A stretch of 64,000 nucleotides of DNA from Bilabrum cf. latius (taxonomy: Eukaryota), in NCBI GenBank assembly GCA_965178125.1, contig OZ237750.1:930001-994000 (forward strand), written 5' to 3'. Below are positions 50,101 to 62,053 of the stretch, piece after piece. The notes beneath the pieces were generated by a model that searched no databases, was not told the origin of the DNA, and saw only the letters and a list, made by a program, of their open reading frames with translations. Position 1 is the stretch's first letter; each line of letters begins with the position of its first letter. The position numbers were made by a program, and so were the translations under genes.

Positions 50101-53100
50101 GCTGCTTTAGCCTAGCAGAGGCCGAGTTCGCCCGGTCCACCTCGGGCACCCCCGACGCCTAGATAGACGGATGCAGGTCAAGCAGCATCACAGGGGAGAA
50201 GTGCAGGCACCACGCGCCGCCACCCACCGCCAGCACGGCTGCCGCCTTCATCACAACAACCGCGGCAGGCGACGCGCGATCCAGCGCCTCGGCCACGACC
50301 CGCTGCGCCCAGTTTGGCAGCGGCAGCACCTGCAGGCCATTCAGGTCCACCTTCACCTGCCTGGTAGTATGCATGGCGTAGCTATGCTAATGCTGCTCCG
50401 GGGCGGTTTCCCCGCGGTGCGGCTTGACTGGCTGCAAGTGGCCAGCGGAACCCTCCCTGTCTCCAGTCCACGTGCGGCGTGGTTCACCTGCGCCGGTGCT
50501 TTGCCTAGATTTGCGCCGCTCTCGCACATGCACCCGCTTGCGGCTGTGGAGCGCATGGATGAGCTTGCGCACCCCTTTGGGCATGCCTTGAGCCACTGTG
50601 TGCACAGCGAGGGCCAGCTGCGTGGGAACCTTGCTGGCGGGAACCTGCAGGTAATGCGCGATGAGAGTGGAAGTGAGCCCCAGGTTCAGAGGGGGGCACG
50701 TCCACATCTCCACGCCCAGCAGGCCCAGGAGTCCAAAGTAGGCAGGGGGCGGGTTCATGGTTGGAATGACAGGCCAGTACCTCGGCAGGTGCAGCGGTCG
50801 GGTTCCGATCACGAGCAAGCAGCGCATCTGCCGAGATACGTACCCGTCGTCGATCTCCACATCACCGCGGGTGCCCGATGACCCCGCCGAGCGAGCAGTT
50901 GGGCCGCCATGGGCCTAGTTTTGCCTCTTTTTCTCGCGTTTCGTCTTTCGCTCAGGCCGTGCGTGGAGGCCAACTCTTGCGTGCAGCGCGGCGCGAGGGC
51001 TCCGGTGCCCCGACTGGGCCTGTGAAGGAGAGCTGGTGGCATCCTCTGGCACGGCTCCCGGAATATCGCCGTGCTCAAACGACCCGGCCGCCGATCCGCT
51101 CACTTCCTTTGGGGTCTTTGGCGCCAACGGTGACAGCTGGCCGTCGCGCCAGCTGGAGCCACCCCGCGCGATGGAGTCCGCTGCGGCCTCTACTGCGTCC
51201 TGCATGCTGGACCTAGACTCGTCCGCGTCGTGCTTCGCCGCTGACGCTACGGAATCCATTACACCTTTGGCGGCGCTGACGTAGGGCCCCGCCGGGGAGA
51301 CGTGCTCGGCGGAGTCGAAGCCCAGCCTGGAGTCCTGCGAGCGGCCGGCTGCGCTGCTGAGCGCGCTGCCCACCGAGCGGGCCAAGCTGCCGGAGCCGCG
51401 CAGCCCCGTCGAGCCGTACACGACGCTCGCGGCCCCCATGGCAGGCCGCTTTCTGGTGCTGTGGTTGGCCTGGTGGATGTACTGGGCGATTGCCAGGACC
51501 AGGTGCCAGTCCTTGTCCGAGCAGTGGTGCAGGTCATCGATGCACAGCATGATGGGGACGTGCCTGCAGTGCAGATCAATGAGTCGGAGCAGGGTCCTGG
51601 TCTCGGACTCCTTGCGTTGGGTCTGCATGAACATGTGCTGCCGGTGCACATTCTCCATGAGCCCGCGCACCTCCACCCAGTCTCGGTTGTGGTAGCAGCG
51701 GGGGTACCCCATGCACAGCTGGTGCACGACCTGGCGCATCACAAAGCCGTCTACGTGCTCCCGCAGCAGCACACGGTTCACCCCCACAGCAAAGATGACT
51801 CGCAGGGCAGGCAGCTCAGAGACACGCTCGAGCGGAGACTCGGGACGGGCTGCCTTCGAAAGAGACGATCCAGCTGCCAGGTCACCATCGCGCGCCTAGG
51901 CACCATCGCCAGGAGGTTGAGCCGCTCCCATGTTTCCTGTCTCGCCCGAGTCGCTGACCTTGACAGACCCGCTGGACTTGCCGATGATGCTGCCGGAGCC
52001 CACACCCTTCGCCCCCCCGGTCCTTCGTAGCCTCTTTTTACCTGCCTCTCCAGAGCCGTTCAGATGACCCTGCGAGCCGCCTACGGCACCAGAGCCCTTG
52101 CCCGCCGAGTCGCCATTAAACAGGGCCTCCACCCTGTCCCGCGACTGCCGCCCCCCCTTTGCACCCCCGCTCTCGGAGCCCCCTACCGTGCCCATCACAT
52201 CGGAAGACTGCCGCCCCGCCGTGGTGCTCGCTCCGGACGAAGAGTTGGGCCCGAATGGCCCGAAGAGGGAAAAGTCTCTGGCGTCTTGCTTGACGCGCTT
52301 TCGCGACGACGTGCTCGAGTGGCTGCCGGCGGAGGAGCTCGTCTTGCTGTGGCCCGAGGAGGGTCCGCTGCTGCTCCCGCCGTGGGTGCCCTGCGATGCG
52401 CCCTACCTCTTGTCGTACGTCTCCAAGGCCGCCATCTGCGTGTCGGATCCGGCGCTGTTCGCAGCGGGACCTGCAGGCTACACGCCCTCGGCAGCATCGC
52501 CACCGCTTGCGGCACTGGTCGGCTTGGGCACGGCCAGGATGGGAGGCCTGTCCGCCTGCACGGTTTCCACCAAGTGCCCCTCCCGCTCCCGCAGCACCGA
52601 CTGACGCCTCTGCTCCCTCAGTCGGTTGACCCACTTGACGATGGACTAACAGCGGGGGTCGTCCTCGGGCCTCGGTGGGGGCTGCCAGTGTCGGTCAAAG
52701 ATGGTGATGGCAGACGCGAGATGCTCCAGCCTCTCGGCAGGAGTCTCCCCGCCTTCCCTTTCGCTACCCGTGGAGCCCTGCTCCAGGTGCACCCCGAGGC
52801 CGCCACCGTTGGCTCCTGCCGTGGCGTGCGTGGAGCCGCCGATGCCCGATTCCACTCGACTGCTGGATGCTGCAGCGCCAGGATCCGTCATTTCATCCGC
52901 GAACCCAACCGCATTGCCCACCCCATCGTGCTCCTGAGCCGCCACAGCCACCAGGTCGATGTTGCTGGTGGAGCTGGTGGTGGGCGCGGCGCACTCCACG
53001 TGTGTGCCGCGCCCGGCGCTGTCGATCACGTCCCTGGCGCTGCTGCTGCCTCTGATGTGGTCCACCAGCCCTGCATCGCCCGCTTTGTACCTCCGCAGCA

Positions 53101-56055
53101 CCGCCTGGATGCCGTACCGAAGCATCACGCTCCTGCCGCTGCCCGAGTGCCCGGTCAGCAGGATGGTCCTGGAGGACAGCCGCCCATGCGCCATCTCCAC
53201 GGCGGCCTGCGCAAGCCGATCGTCGATTCCGCCGTCACCCACGACTCCTACCAGCCCGTCCTCCTGTCCGTTTCCGAGATGCAGCACAGGCATTGCCACC
53301 ACGTCTGCCTTCGGAGAGCACGGCTGGTACAGCTTGGCTGGCCGCTTCATACCCTTGAGCTGCACGGGCCCTACGACCTGGTACATGAGGCACCCTGCGC
53401 TCGCCTCCATGGCGTTCCGCGTGGCCTGGTCCATCAGAATGGAGCCCTGAAACGGAAGCTCGTCCACAAGCACCTCGCCCCGCTGCGAGGCCTCCCACAT
53501 TGCGCGCGAGGCGGCCTGCTCCACCGGATCCGTCGCATCGGTGATGCTGACTCGACGGGTCTTGCCACCCCCGCTCGAGACCGACTAGAAGACCGAGGAG
53601 GAGCCGCTCTCGGCACGCAGGTCACCGACGATGCTCGGCTCCTGCGGGCGACTCGCTCCCTCATGCTGCTTCTTGTCGCGCCTGCGACGCACCAGGGCTC
53701 GCAGGCGTGCCTTCGCGAGCGTGGCTGCCGCTGCTCGCGCGAACAGATTGGGCAGGTTGCGCTCGGTGGCGGTATTGTTGGCCCTGGCGATGCTCTGCAC
53801 AATGTGGCTCTGCGCGTCGTGGTGTTCGGAGTCGTGGGAACCCACGACTTTTCCGCCCTACCCAGGTGCACGCCCGGCTGCTCCCGAGCCACCCCCGAGG
53901 TCTGCTGCTGCTACGGGTTTGGAGGATGCGGCGCCCGACTCTCTGTTCGCACCACTGCCAGCGCTCGCCGTCGCAGCTGCGGCCCGTGCTTCTGCTCGTG
54001 CCACGTCACACATTGCCCTCCGTTTCACCGCGAGCTTCTTGGCAGTGGCCATGAGCCTAGCGCTCATGTTGACCATGTTGCCCAGCACAGTGTACTCCCT
54101 TCGGCTGCCTGCGTTGCCCACGGGACCGCAGAGCGCCAGCCCCGTGGTGATACCGATGTGGCACTCGAGCTTGTTGACGACCTGCAGCTGCTCGACGAGC
54201 GAGATGGAGGCCATCACGGCCCGCTCCGGGTCATCCTCGTGCGCGATGGGAGGCAGGCCCCAGGCCATGAGGATCGTGGCGCCCTTGTCGTCGATGAGGA
54301 ACTTATTCAAGCTGCCCTCGTACTTGTACGTGCTCTTCTGCACGGTGCGAATGGCCTCGTGGATGGCCATCTGGCTCTCTCGCGTGGGTTCCTTGGAGAG
54401 CACGTCTGGGGGTATCCCCAGGGAGGCGAACACGACCGTGATGGTGCGCAGCTCAGCGATCCAGTCACCCCGCAGGTACGGTAGGTCCGTCTGGGGCACC
54501 ACCGCGGCGGGGGCAAACTGCTTCAGCACATCCGACAGCGGACCCAGCGTGGTGCGCAGGAGCGCCTTCTTTCTCATGCCCAGGGAGAGCCGAGCCGCGG
54601 CGTCGTCCCCCGCAACCTCCCTCACCCGCCGGACCAGCTCGCGCATGTCAGAAGCAGTCTTGCGCCCCAACACCCTCACGAACTTGCTGCGGGTGCCGCT
54701 CGGCATGTCTCCGACCCCGGGAGGCAGGCTTTCCCCGGCACGGCCCGGTCCGCCCCCGCCCTTGGCCACCAGCTCCAGCCCATGCCTGGCACCGGCTGCC
54801 TTCGCATCGTCTCCGTCCTGCTCGTCTCCCGCCACCGCGCCCAGGTAGAATGGATGCACCAGCCGCCACACCTGCGGCGAGACCACGGTCCAGCCAGAGG
54901 AAGCCAGGCCCTCGCAGCGGAAAGCCTGTGCTAGGGCGGGGCCTGTCACCAGGTACTCTTTCCGATGGAAGATCCCCCCCACTGTGAGCAGCGACACCCG
55001 CCCCACGCCTACCCCCACCTTGACACTGAATTCGATCCCGTGCCCCATCCTAGACTGGTCCAGCACCTGCTGGATGAGCACGCCGCACTCGACCGCCCGC
55101 CTGGCCACCGACACGAGGCCTTCTTCATGCCGAGCCACGTACACAGGCTCCTGCCCCTCGGGCGCAGCGGCGAAGGCCCCCGCCGCCACGCTGTGCAGGA
55201 GCGCGTCGTCTAGAGGCGCGCCACCTGACAGCACGGCACCGTCGCCCAGACTGCCTGCTGCCGAGCTTGCTCCGGCCCCAGACCTGCGTCCACGGACAGT
55301 CCCTTTCCCTCCAGCAGCCCCCCCCAGCCCTCGCGCGGCCCGAAGTCCCACGTCTGCAGTGCCCGGGTGCATCCCTCCCGCCGGGCTTGCGGGGCCGAAG
55401 GCACGCGAACCGGCGCCTGGATTCGGTGCGAGCCCCATGCCGTGAGCCGTGCGCGCGTTGCGCTGCACGGCTGCGTATGCAGCAGCGGCGGCCTCGTCAA
55501 ACTGCCGCTGCGACGGCGGCCAGATGCACAGCAGCGCATCGCCTGCAAACTTCACGATGTCCGCTCCCGCCGCGTTAAGCTTTGCGCTCAGCAGTGAAAT
55601 GTACTTGTTCAATCCCTCGTACATGCGCTCGGCTCCCACTGTGCCTTTCTTAGAGAGCAGCTCGGTAGTTCGGGTAAATCCTGCAACAGAGAGCATGGTA
55701 GCAGGACGATAATTCACAACTTTCTCGCGCATGAGCATGATCGCGACGATACTTTGAATGGTATATACTAACCGCTGACATCTGCAAACACGCAGGCCGT
55801 CTCCATGTAAATGCAATGCGGTGGAGGCGTCAACGATCGATTCCGGCCGGCCTCGTTTGCCTGCATGCTCGCCTTGACAAATCGAACCACAGTCTCGCTC
55901 GTAAAGTCTTCTATACGAGCTGGTCGACCATCTGATAATGGCTGGGTACCAGCCCAAGACAGGCGTGCAGATGGGTTGGCACTGCCTCCAGCCGTTGTTG
56001 CGGGGGGTCGGCGAGGCCTATCCTTCTTGTTTTCGCGCGGCGTCGGAGCGGCCAT
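41141..56055 (-). CDS. Giant (~4,940 aa) soluble adenylyl cyclase (ADCY10-like) with STAND NTPase-like region and degenerate C-terminal class I phosphodiesterase domain
   Basis: Exon 1 56055-55773, intron 55772-55681, exon 2 55680-41141 in a single frame with ~31 TAGs and no TAA/TGA until TGA 41143-41141. C1 domain: FADVSGFT, GAERMYEGLNKY, DIVKFAGDAL. C2 domain: NKFLIDDKG, GLPPIAHEDD, GPVGNAGSRREYTVLGNMVNMSARLM. P-loop-like LLTGHSGSGRS; Walker-B-like LCIDDLHH; FLRDIVY...RQQLH. PDE-like: INTWQFDSW, AYHGSKKAADAI*AMHMLL, LEVLALLLSAA. Confidence 0.85.
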
Positions 56056-56357
56056 CACCACGCTTCAGGAGGAATCACACATGATAAGCACGTCACAATA
56101 CAATCGACGCCCAGCAAGAACAAATCGTTTGCACGCCGAGAGATTTATTTGCGCCCACCGGATGAGTTAGGTTCCGCATTGGTTCTGCGCGGCGCCGAGT
56201 CGCAGGTTGCGGTCGCACGGCGTGCTCGCCTCTGGTTTGGCGCGCGCTCCAACGGACACAAGGCATCCTCTTTGAGCTCTGAACTCCGATTCTAGAGCCA
56301 GGCAATCCTGCTAGGGCTAAGCTTGGTTAAATAATTCAATAAAAAGAACACGTTGTG
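56056..56357. promoter_or_regulatory. Putative bidirectional promoter region, adenylyl cyclase / EFHC
   Basis: ~300-bp interval between divergent starts, with an AT-rich stretch at 56326-56350. Inferred from position only. Confidence 0.4.
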
Positions 56358-58816
56358 ATGGAAGGACCATTGCGAAGTACCCGCCCAATGGCTGCAACGA
56401 AGTAGGCGTCCGCCGGGGACTCTCTTGCCGGAATGCCACCCATGATGACGCTCGGGCTTGGACTGGAGTGAGTATATTTGCAGGTAACTTGCTAACGGAC
56501 TCGTGTAGGCTGCGCAAGTAGGATATTTTGCTCCGTATCGATTCGTTGCATGCTCCAAGCGCTCGCAGCTCCAGACGCAAAGTTCGGCAAGGTATGCGTT
56601 CAACTGGAGCCGCAGGAGGAGGCGCTTCGTACAAGATTTCATCTGAAGACACAATTCGAGAGCTTCTTGCAACCAAAGCTGCAGAACTGCACAGCGCAAC
56701 CGCCGCGATGGACGCCCACGGTCGAGGTGTGCAGCAGTGTGCCGTTGTGGTACCCGAGGACATTAAGCTAACGGGAGCAAAGCTAGTGTTTCGCGCATTC
56801 TTCAACGAGGCAGTGACAGACTCTAGAACCGAAAAGTACCGGTCGAGGGTGATCACGATCGTATACTTTCTCGAAGACGACACAACGGAGATGCACGAGC
56901 TGGCACGAATGAACGACGGACTGCCTGCGGGCAAGTTCCTGCAGCGAATGCAGCATCCTGCATTGTCATTAGATACGCTACGAGTTGGAGGCACGGTGAC
57001 GGTGTATGGCCGAACCTTGAGAATCGTGGCCTGCGATGAGCGCACCCGCAGATTCTACGACGATCGAGGGGAGCCACAGGAGCCGAACGAAGCTATCCCA
57101 GACGACGACTTCATGCAAGCGACGCGCAAAGAAGCAGAACGCGGCTCTCTCACGGCGTTATCTGCAACGAGAGCCATCGACAAGGGCTTCGCAGGGGCCG
57201 GCGGTTCGTCTCGCGGGAGCTACGGCAAGAAGCAGAACCCCATGAAAAGATACATGGAGGCCATCAAGGGCGGGCGCAGCGTGGTGCGAGACACGCTTCG
57301 CTCCTTCTTGGAGCACAGCGACACCGCCCTTGAATTTTACGTCACCTGGGACGATCGCGGGAGCGACGAGATCCTTGGCTCGAAGAAGTACCTGGTGCTG
57401 CGGTACCACGTGGCGACCGACGAGGTGGAGATCTTCTACAAGAAGGGCTGCGATGACGGGATGGGCGCCCTATTCTTCAAGAAGGACCGCCTGCCGAAGT
57501 TTGCCATGGCGCACGACGACCGCGCCCGGTCCTGCGAGGACGGCGACGGCTCGGAGGACTACTTCCACTGGACCGACCTGCGCGTGGGGGAGGAGATCCG
57601 GGTGCTGGGCCGCACGATGGTCCTCACCAAGTGCACCCCGGCGACCCAGCGGTTCTACGCGGACCACCTTGGGCTGGATCAGAACGCCCGCGAGGTGGTG
57701 GAGGTGCACACCAAGGAGCCCACGCCCCGGAGGCCCGTGCCCCCGCCCACCGGCTTCGGCGGCGAGGAGGACTCGCTGGCGTCCACCAAGAGCCTCATGC
57801 CGCGGGTGCCTGTGGATAACCGCCCGGCGGACCCGCGCCTGGAGGGGAAGGCCCTCCGGTACGACATGGTGCTGGACTCGGAGGACCCCATCGACAAGAT
57901 TCGGCGGTTCCAGCTGTCTTACTTCCTCGCGGACAAGTCCATATCTGTGTACGAACAAGGGGTGCCCAACACGGGCATCCCAGCGGGCAAGTTCGCGAGG
58001 CGCGACAAGCACAAGAACCCCGAGACGGGCAAGGTGTACGAGGCCAGCGAGCTCTTCCTCGACGCCAAGGTGACCGTGCAGGGGTTCAGATTCCGGGTCA
58101 CGCACGCGGACGACTTCTCGCTCGGGTACATGGAGTCCAACTCGGGGCTGTGGCCGCAGTCCTCGTTCGAGTTCGCCATGTCGACGCTCAAGAAGAAGAT
58201 GCACGAGAAGAGCTCCGAGATGCGCAAGATGTTCCGCAAGTTCGACGACGACAAGTCGGGGAGCATCACGTACGACGAGTTCCAGAAGATGCTCGAGTAC
58301 TATGGCATGTACATCTCGAGGGCCGAGATGGTCACCATCATGCGCAGGCTTGACGGGGACGGCTCGGGCAGCATCGGGTACGCCGAGTTCATGCAAGCGT
58401 TCGCGGATCAAGACGACGAGGTTGGTTTCAAGGGGGCCGACATGCGGGTGTCGACGCCCAAATCGGACCAACCCCCGGAGGGTCCCCTGGACGACTACGA
58501 CCGCAAGGTGGCGGCCCTCGAGCACGACGAGCACGAGGCCAGGGCCACCGAGCAGCTGCTCCAGGGCATCGCCCGCCAGATGAAGGCCAGCCGAGGGTCC
58601 AAGCTGCACGAGGTGTTCCGCCGCTTCGACGACAACAAGGACCACACGGTGGACCGCCGCGAGTTCCGGGCGGCCATGGGGGAGGAGGGGCTGGGCTTCT
58701 CGCCGGAGCAGGTGGGGCTGCTCGAGCGGCGCTTCTTCGCCGGGGGCGTGGAGGAGTGCGACTACCGAACCTTCATGAAGCTCGTGCACACGTACGCCGA
58801 CCGCCCGGCGGTGTGA
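56358..58816 (+). CDS. EFHC1/EFHC2/Rib72-like axonemal protein (three DM10 domains plus EF hands)
   Basis: DM10 motifs LVFRAFFNE..YFLEDDTTEM..GLPAGKFLQR, LEFYVTWDD..YHVATDEVEI, RRFQLSYFLADKSISVYE..NTGIPAGKF. EF hands DDDKSGSITYDEF, DGDGSGSIGYAEF, DDNKDHTVDRREF. Ends at TGA 58814. The 5' exon (ATG 56358, 41-bp intron 56468-56508, two TAGs) is tentative. Confidence 0.9.
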
Positions 58817-59100
58817 GCGAAAGGAGCGAGCCTGTGCCGCCGTGCCTCCGCACACCCACCCACCGTTTGCATGTTCTGGAGGCGCCCCTCGAGGCACTGC
58901 AGCGATTGTACATTTTGGGTTGTGAACAGCCCGAGAGATGTTTCAAACTTGAGCCGCGTTTTCAATGAGGCGATCCCAAATCATGCGAAGCATTCCACTG
59001 GCAAGGCGATGCAGCTGATGTGGATTGGGTACTCGGCAATGAATGACACCAAAAACCTATATTTTGCGCACCACCATGCGATTCCAGCAGCCATTGGCAA

Positions 59101-59758
59101 TCAATCAGACCCCTTCTTGCCAAAATCAACAAGTACAGAATCATATCCTTCTGGCGTACCGCTCTTGGGCACCTGCACGTAGTCAACTGTCTTCGGCGCG
59201 ACGTCCGCCTCAGGTGGCAAGCCATCGGGGAATGAAGCAACAGGGCCAGGAGGACTATATCTCATAAACATCGTTCCTCCAGGCATGTATGCCGCTGCGA
59301 TACACGATCATATGGCAGCATTGGTTCAACACAGAGTGCTCGATATACACATCCACTCGAAGCAGCTACGGATGGGCAGCTTCTGCCGTCATAGACTCAC
59401 AGACGTACGGGTCAGGATGATCGAAATAGTCAAGCTTCTCCTGTCCCTCCCGAACTAGTCTTGCCACTTCTCTGCGAAACGAAATGAGTAGCGACCGGGT
59501 GCACCTAGCAGGCTCGCCATCCAGTGTATCAGCCAATCTGATGAATTGGTAACAAACTCACCCTGATGTTGCATCCAGGTGTTTGTTGGCATCAAACTGA
59601 GCTCTAATGTGGTCAGATTGCTTGTAGAAGTCTTCTCTGTCCATCCAATTCAGGCAGGTTCGTAGTGCATGCCTGTACATTCTCGTTACAACTTGCTGAT
59701 GAGATAACTTCCCCGTCCCACGGTGAAACGTTTTCCCAATCGCCTTCATGGCCTTCAT
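59101..59758 (-). CDS. NDUFB9: NADH dehydrogenase (complex I) subunit B22, LYR family
   Basis: Exons 59758-59562, 59471-59401, 59294-59101. Motifs VTRMYRHALRTCLNW, IRAQFDANK, HPDPYV, YMPGGTMFMR. Ends at TGA; no TAG. Confidence 0.88.
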
Positions 59759-59919
59759 ATTGACAGCCCAGCTAGGGAGTAGGGCGAATATATGTCCTTG
59801 AGGTCCGACAGAGACATTAATGCGATATAATGGTTTGTAACGCGTAGTATTGCAGACGGCTGTTGGCAATCCGGTCCGGCCGTACTCTTGACTTGCTCAT
59901 AGATCCATTGCACGGCAAT
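59759..59919. promoter_or_regulatory. Putative bidirectional promoter region, NDUFB9 / FAM13-like
   Basis: 161-bp AT-richer interval between divergent ATGs, containing GATATAA. Inferred from position only. Confidence 0.35.
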
Positions 59920-61857
59920 ATGCCGGATACTGCCTCAAAGAAGCGGCGGCGATCTGGTGCCCGCTCCCGCTTATCCATCAGCGACGGGGAGCTTGGCGCG
60001 TTGCTGCAGCTGGCTACCGCAACTGTTGACGATTGGCTGTTCAGTGACATCCCGATTGGGCCGTAGCCCCCTTCCACGGAATTGCCATGGGAGAGAGATC
60101 ATTTGCGAATAAGCGATGCTTTTAATGGCGTGACGCTCACCTCTTAGAGGCGACTGCTTGTCCGACGAGGTAGCAAGCTGAATTGCCCGTCGCCTGAATC
60201 GCTGTCGAGGGGAGACTCAGAGGACGAGGAATCGTTCGGTTCTGAGTCGCCCGACAAGCAAATCCTCAGCGGGTTCAGAGCCCCCTCATCTGGACCACAA
60301 GAGGGGAACGCGACCCACGTGCCGCCAAGCCTGCCCGCTGGACCGCAAGCAGCTCGTGGCAATGGCGGCTATAGTGCCGGCCCAGGGCAGTCTCTGGGCG
60401 GCGAATGGACAGAAATAGGCAGTGGAAGCCCTCGCGCTGACGCAGGAGCAGCACCGGAAGATTTCCGTCTAGATTCGCCCAAGGGCATGCACGGCGAGGC
60501 GGCGAGCGACAGCAAGGCTGGATCCAGCAACGGCAGCGGAGGGCTCGGTGTGTAGGCCGGGGACAAGGCTGAGTCTGTAAAGGCACCGGCGAACTCGCCA
60601 GCGCGACCGGCATTAACTGCCAGCCAGCCGGGCCTGAGCATTGGTAGCAACAGCGGCCGCCCGGGCCCAGCCCTTGCTCAGTCCACTGGCAGGTCAGGCA
60701 TGGGCCCCTCCCCTTCCTCCTCCCCCGCCTCCTCCTCTCCAGAGCAAGAGCAGGCGCAGGACCAGGACTCGCCGAACTTGGGCTCGCCAGGCAAGGGCAC
60801 AGCCGCGCGGCAGCATGACCACAGCCACCTCCACCAGTAGGAGTAGGAGACATCTGCAGTCTAGGCAGGCAGCCCAGTAGATGCCGGTGCAGAGGCAAGC
60901 GCCGGGGGCAGCGGTCAGGATGCAGCGGGTCTCCCTCGGCGATCGAAACCCGGATCATCAAGCTCGCCCGGGTCTGGGTCTGGGTCTGGGTCTGGGTCTG
61001 GGTCTGGGTCTGGGTCTGGGTCCAGCTCAGTCTCGGGCTCGGGCTCGGGCTCCGGCTCCCGCCTCAAAGTCGAGTTCCGTTCCATGTCGGAGAGGGCGCT
61101 GTGGGCCTCCTCCTCGACGCAGGTGGACGAGGCCTTGGGGCTGGCGCAGGCCGTGGACAGGCACGCGCCGCACGGGAAGGTCCCCAGCTCTGTTCCCCGG
61201 GGGAGGTACCCTGCCCTGACCCGCCTGCTGTCGGACCTCAAGAGCCGCATGAAGCAGGCGCTGCGGGCTGCGGACGAGGCATTTGAGGCCAGGCACGGCC
61301 GCAAGCCGCAGAGGGAGGAAAAGGAGCCGCTGCGGCCGCTGTACTAGAGGTACAGGGACGTCAAAGTGGCCATCACTGAGCTGGAGAAGAGGCTGGCTGC
61401 GGGTGCGGGTGCTGGTACGGGTGCGGGTGCGCATGCTGGTGCGGGTGCGGGTGGGAGTGCTGGGTCGAGCGCGAGAGGGCCGGGGTCTGGGTCTGGGAGC
61501 CGGGGGTCGGGTCGAAGTGGTGGCAGGAGCGGCGGCCAGCAGCCGTCCCCCCGAGGGGCAGGTGCAGCCCAGGGCACAACAGGGGGTGCTGGCGCTGGCG
61601 GGGCCCCGCTGGTGCCTGGCTCCCCCCAGGTGGAGGCGCTGCTGCTCGAGAAGCGGGCCTTGCAGCTGCGGCTGCGTGCCTTCGAGGCCAAGTTTCGAGC
61701 CGAGCACGGTCGCGCGGTGCGGTTCCACCGAGACATAGCGCCTGTGAGCGAGCAGTACGCGAGGTATAAGCAAGTCAAGGAGTTGCTGAGGGCCGCGGGA
61801 GTGCTTCCGCCCGCCTCGGGCAGCAGCGCGAAGGATACCACAGGCGGGGGTAGTTAA
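59920..61857 (+). CDS. FAM13-like C-terminal domain protein with a long low-complexity region
   Basis: One frame from ATG 59920 through seven TAGs to TAA TAA at 61855-61860. Two FAM13-type helical repeats: KQALRAADEAFEARHGRKPQREEKEPLRPLY*RYRDVK and EKRALQLRLRAFEAKFRAEHGR...EQYARYKQVK. Confidence 0.7.
60970..61023 (+). repeat. (GGGTCT)8 GGGTCC coding microsatellite encoding (Gly-Ser)9
   Basis: Hexamer tandem read directly, in frame within the FAM13-like gene. Confidence 0.9.
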
Positions 61858-62053
61858 TAAGCTTTATGTTTTTGGTCGTGTCCTCCATAGTTCGCGGGCG
61901 TATGCTAAAATCCTGTCGTTTAGACTACGGGCCTGTACCGCGGGTAGTTCCGTTGATACACTGCGCGGCGCCCTCGCGGCGGCGCTCGCTCCCCTCTGGC
62001 TTGCATTCACGAAATACAGGTCTGAATTCCGAAGCAATAGCAGACCCACGGCT

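Noticed and set aside
41141-56055. Several independent small genes in this interval
   Set aside because: All minus-strand pieces share one frame joined only by TAG, with no AT-rich intergenic gaps like those between real genes elsewhere in the window.
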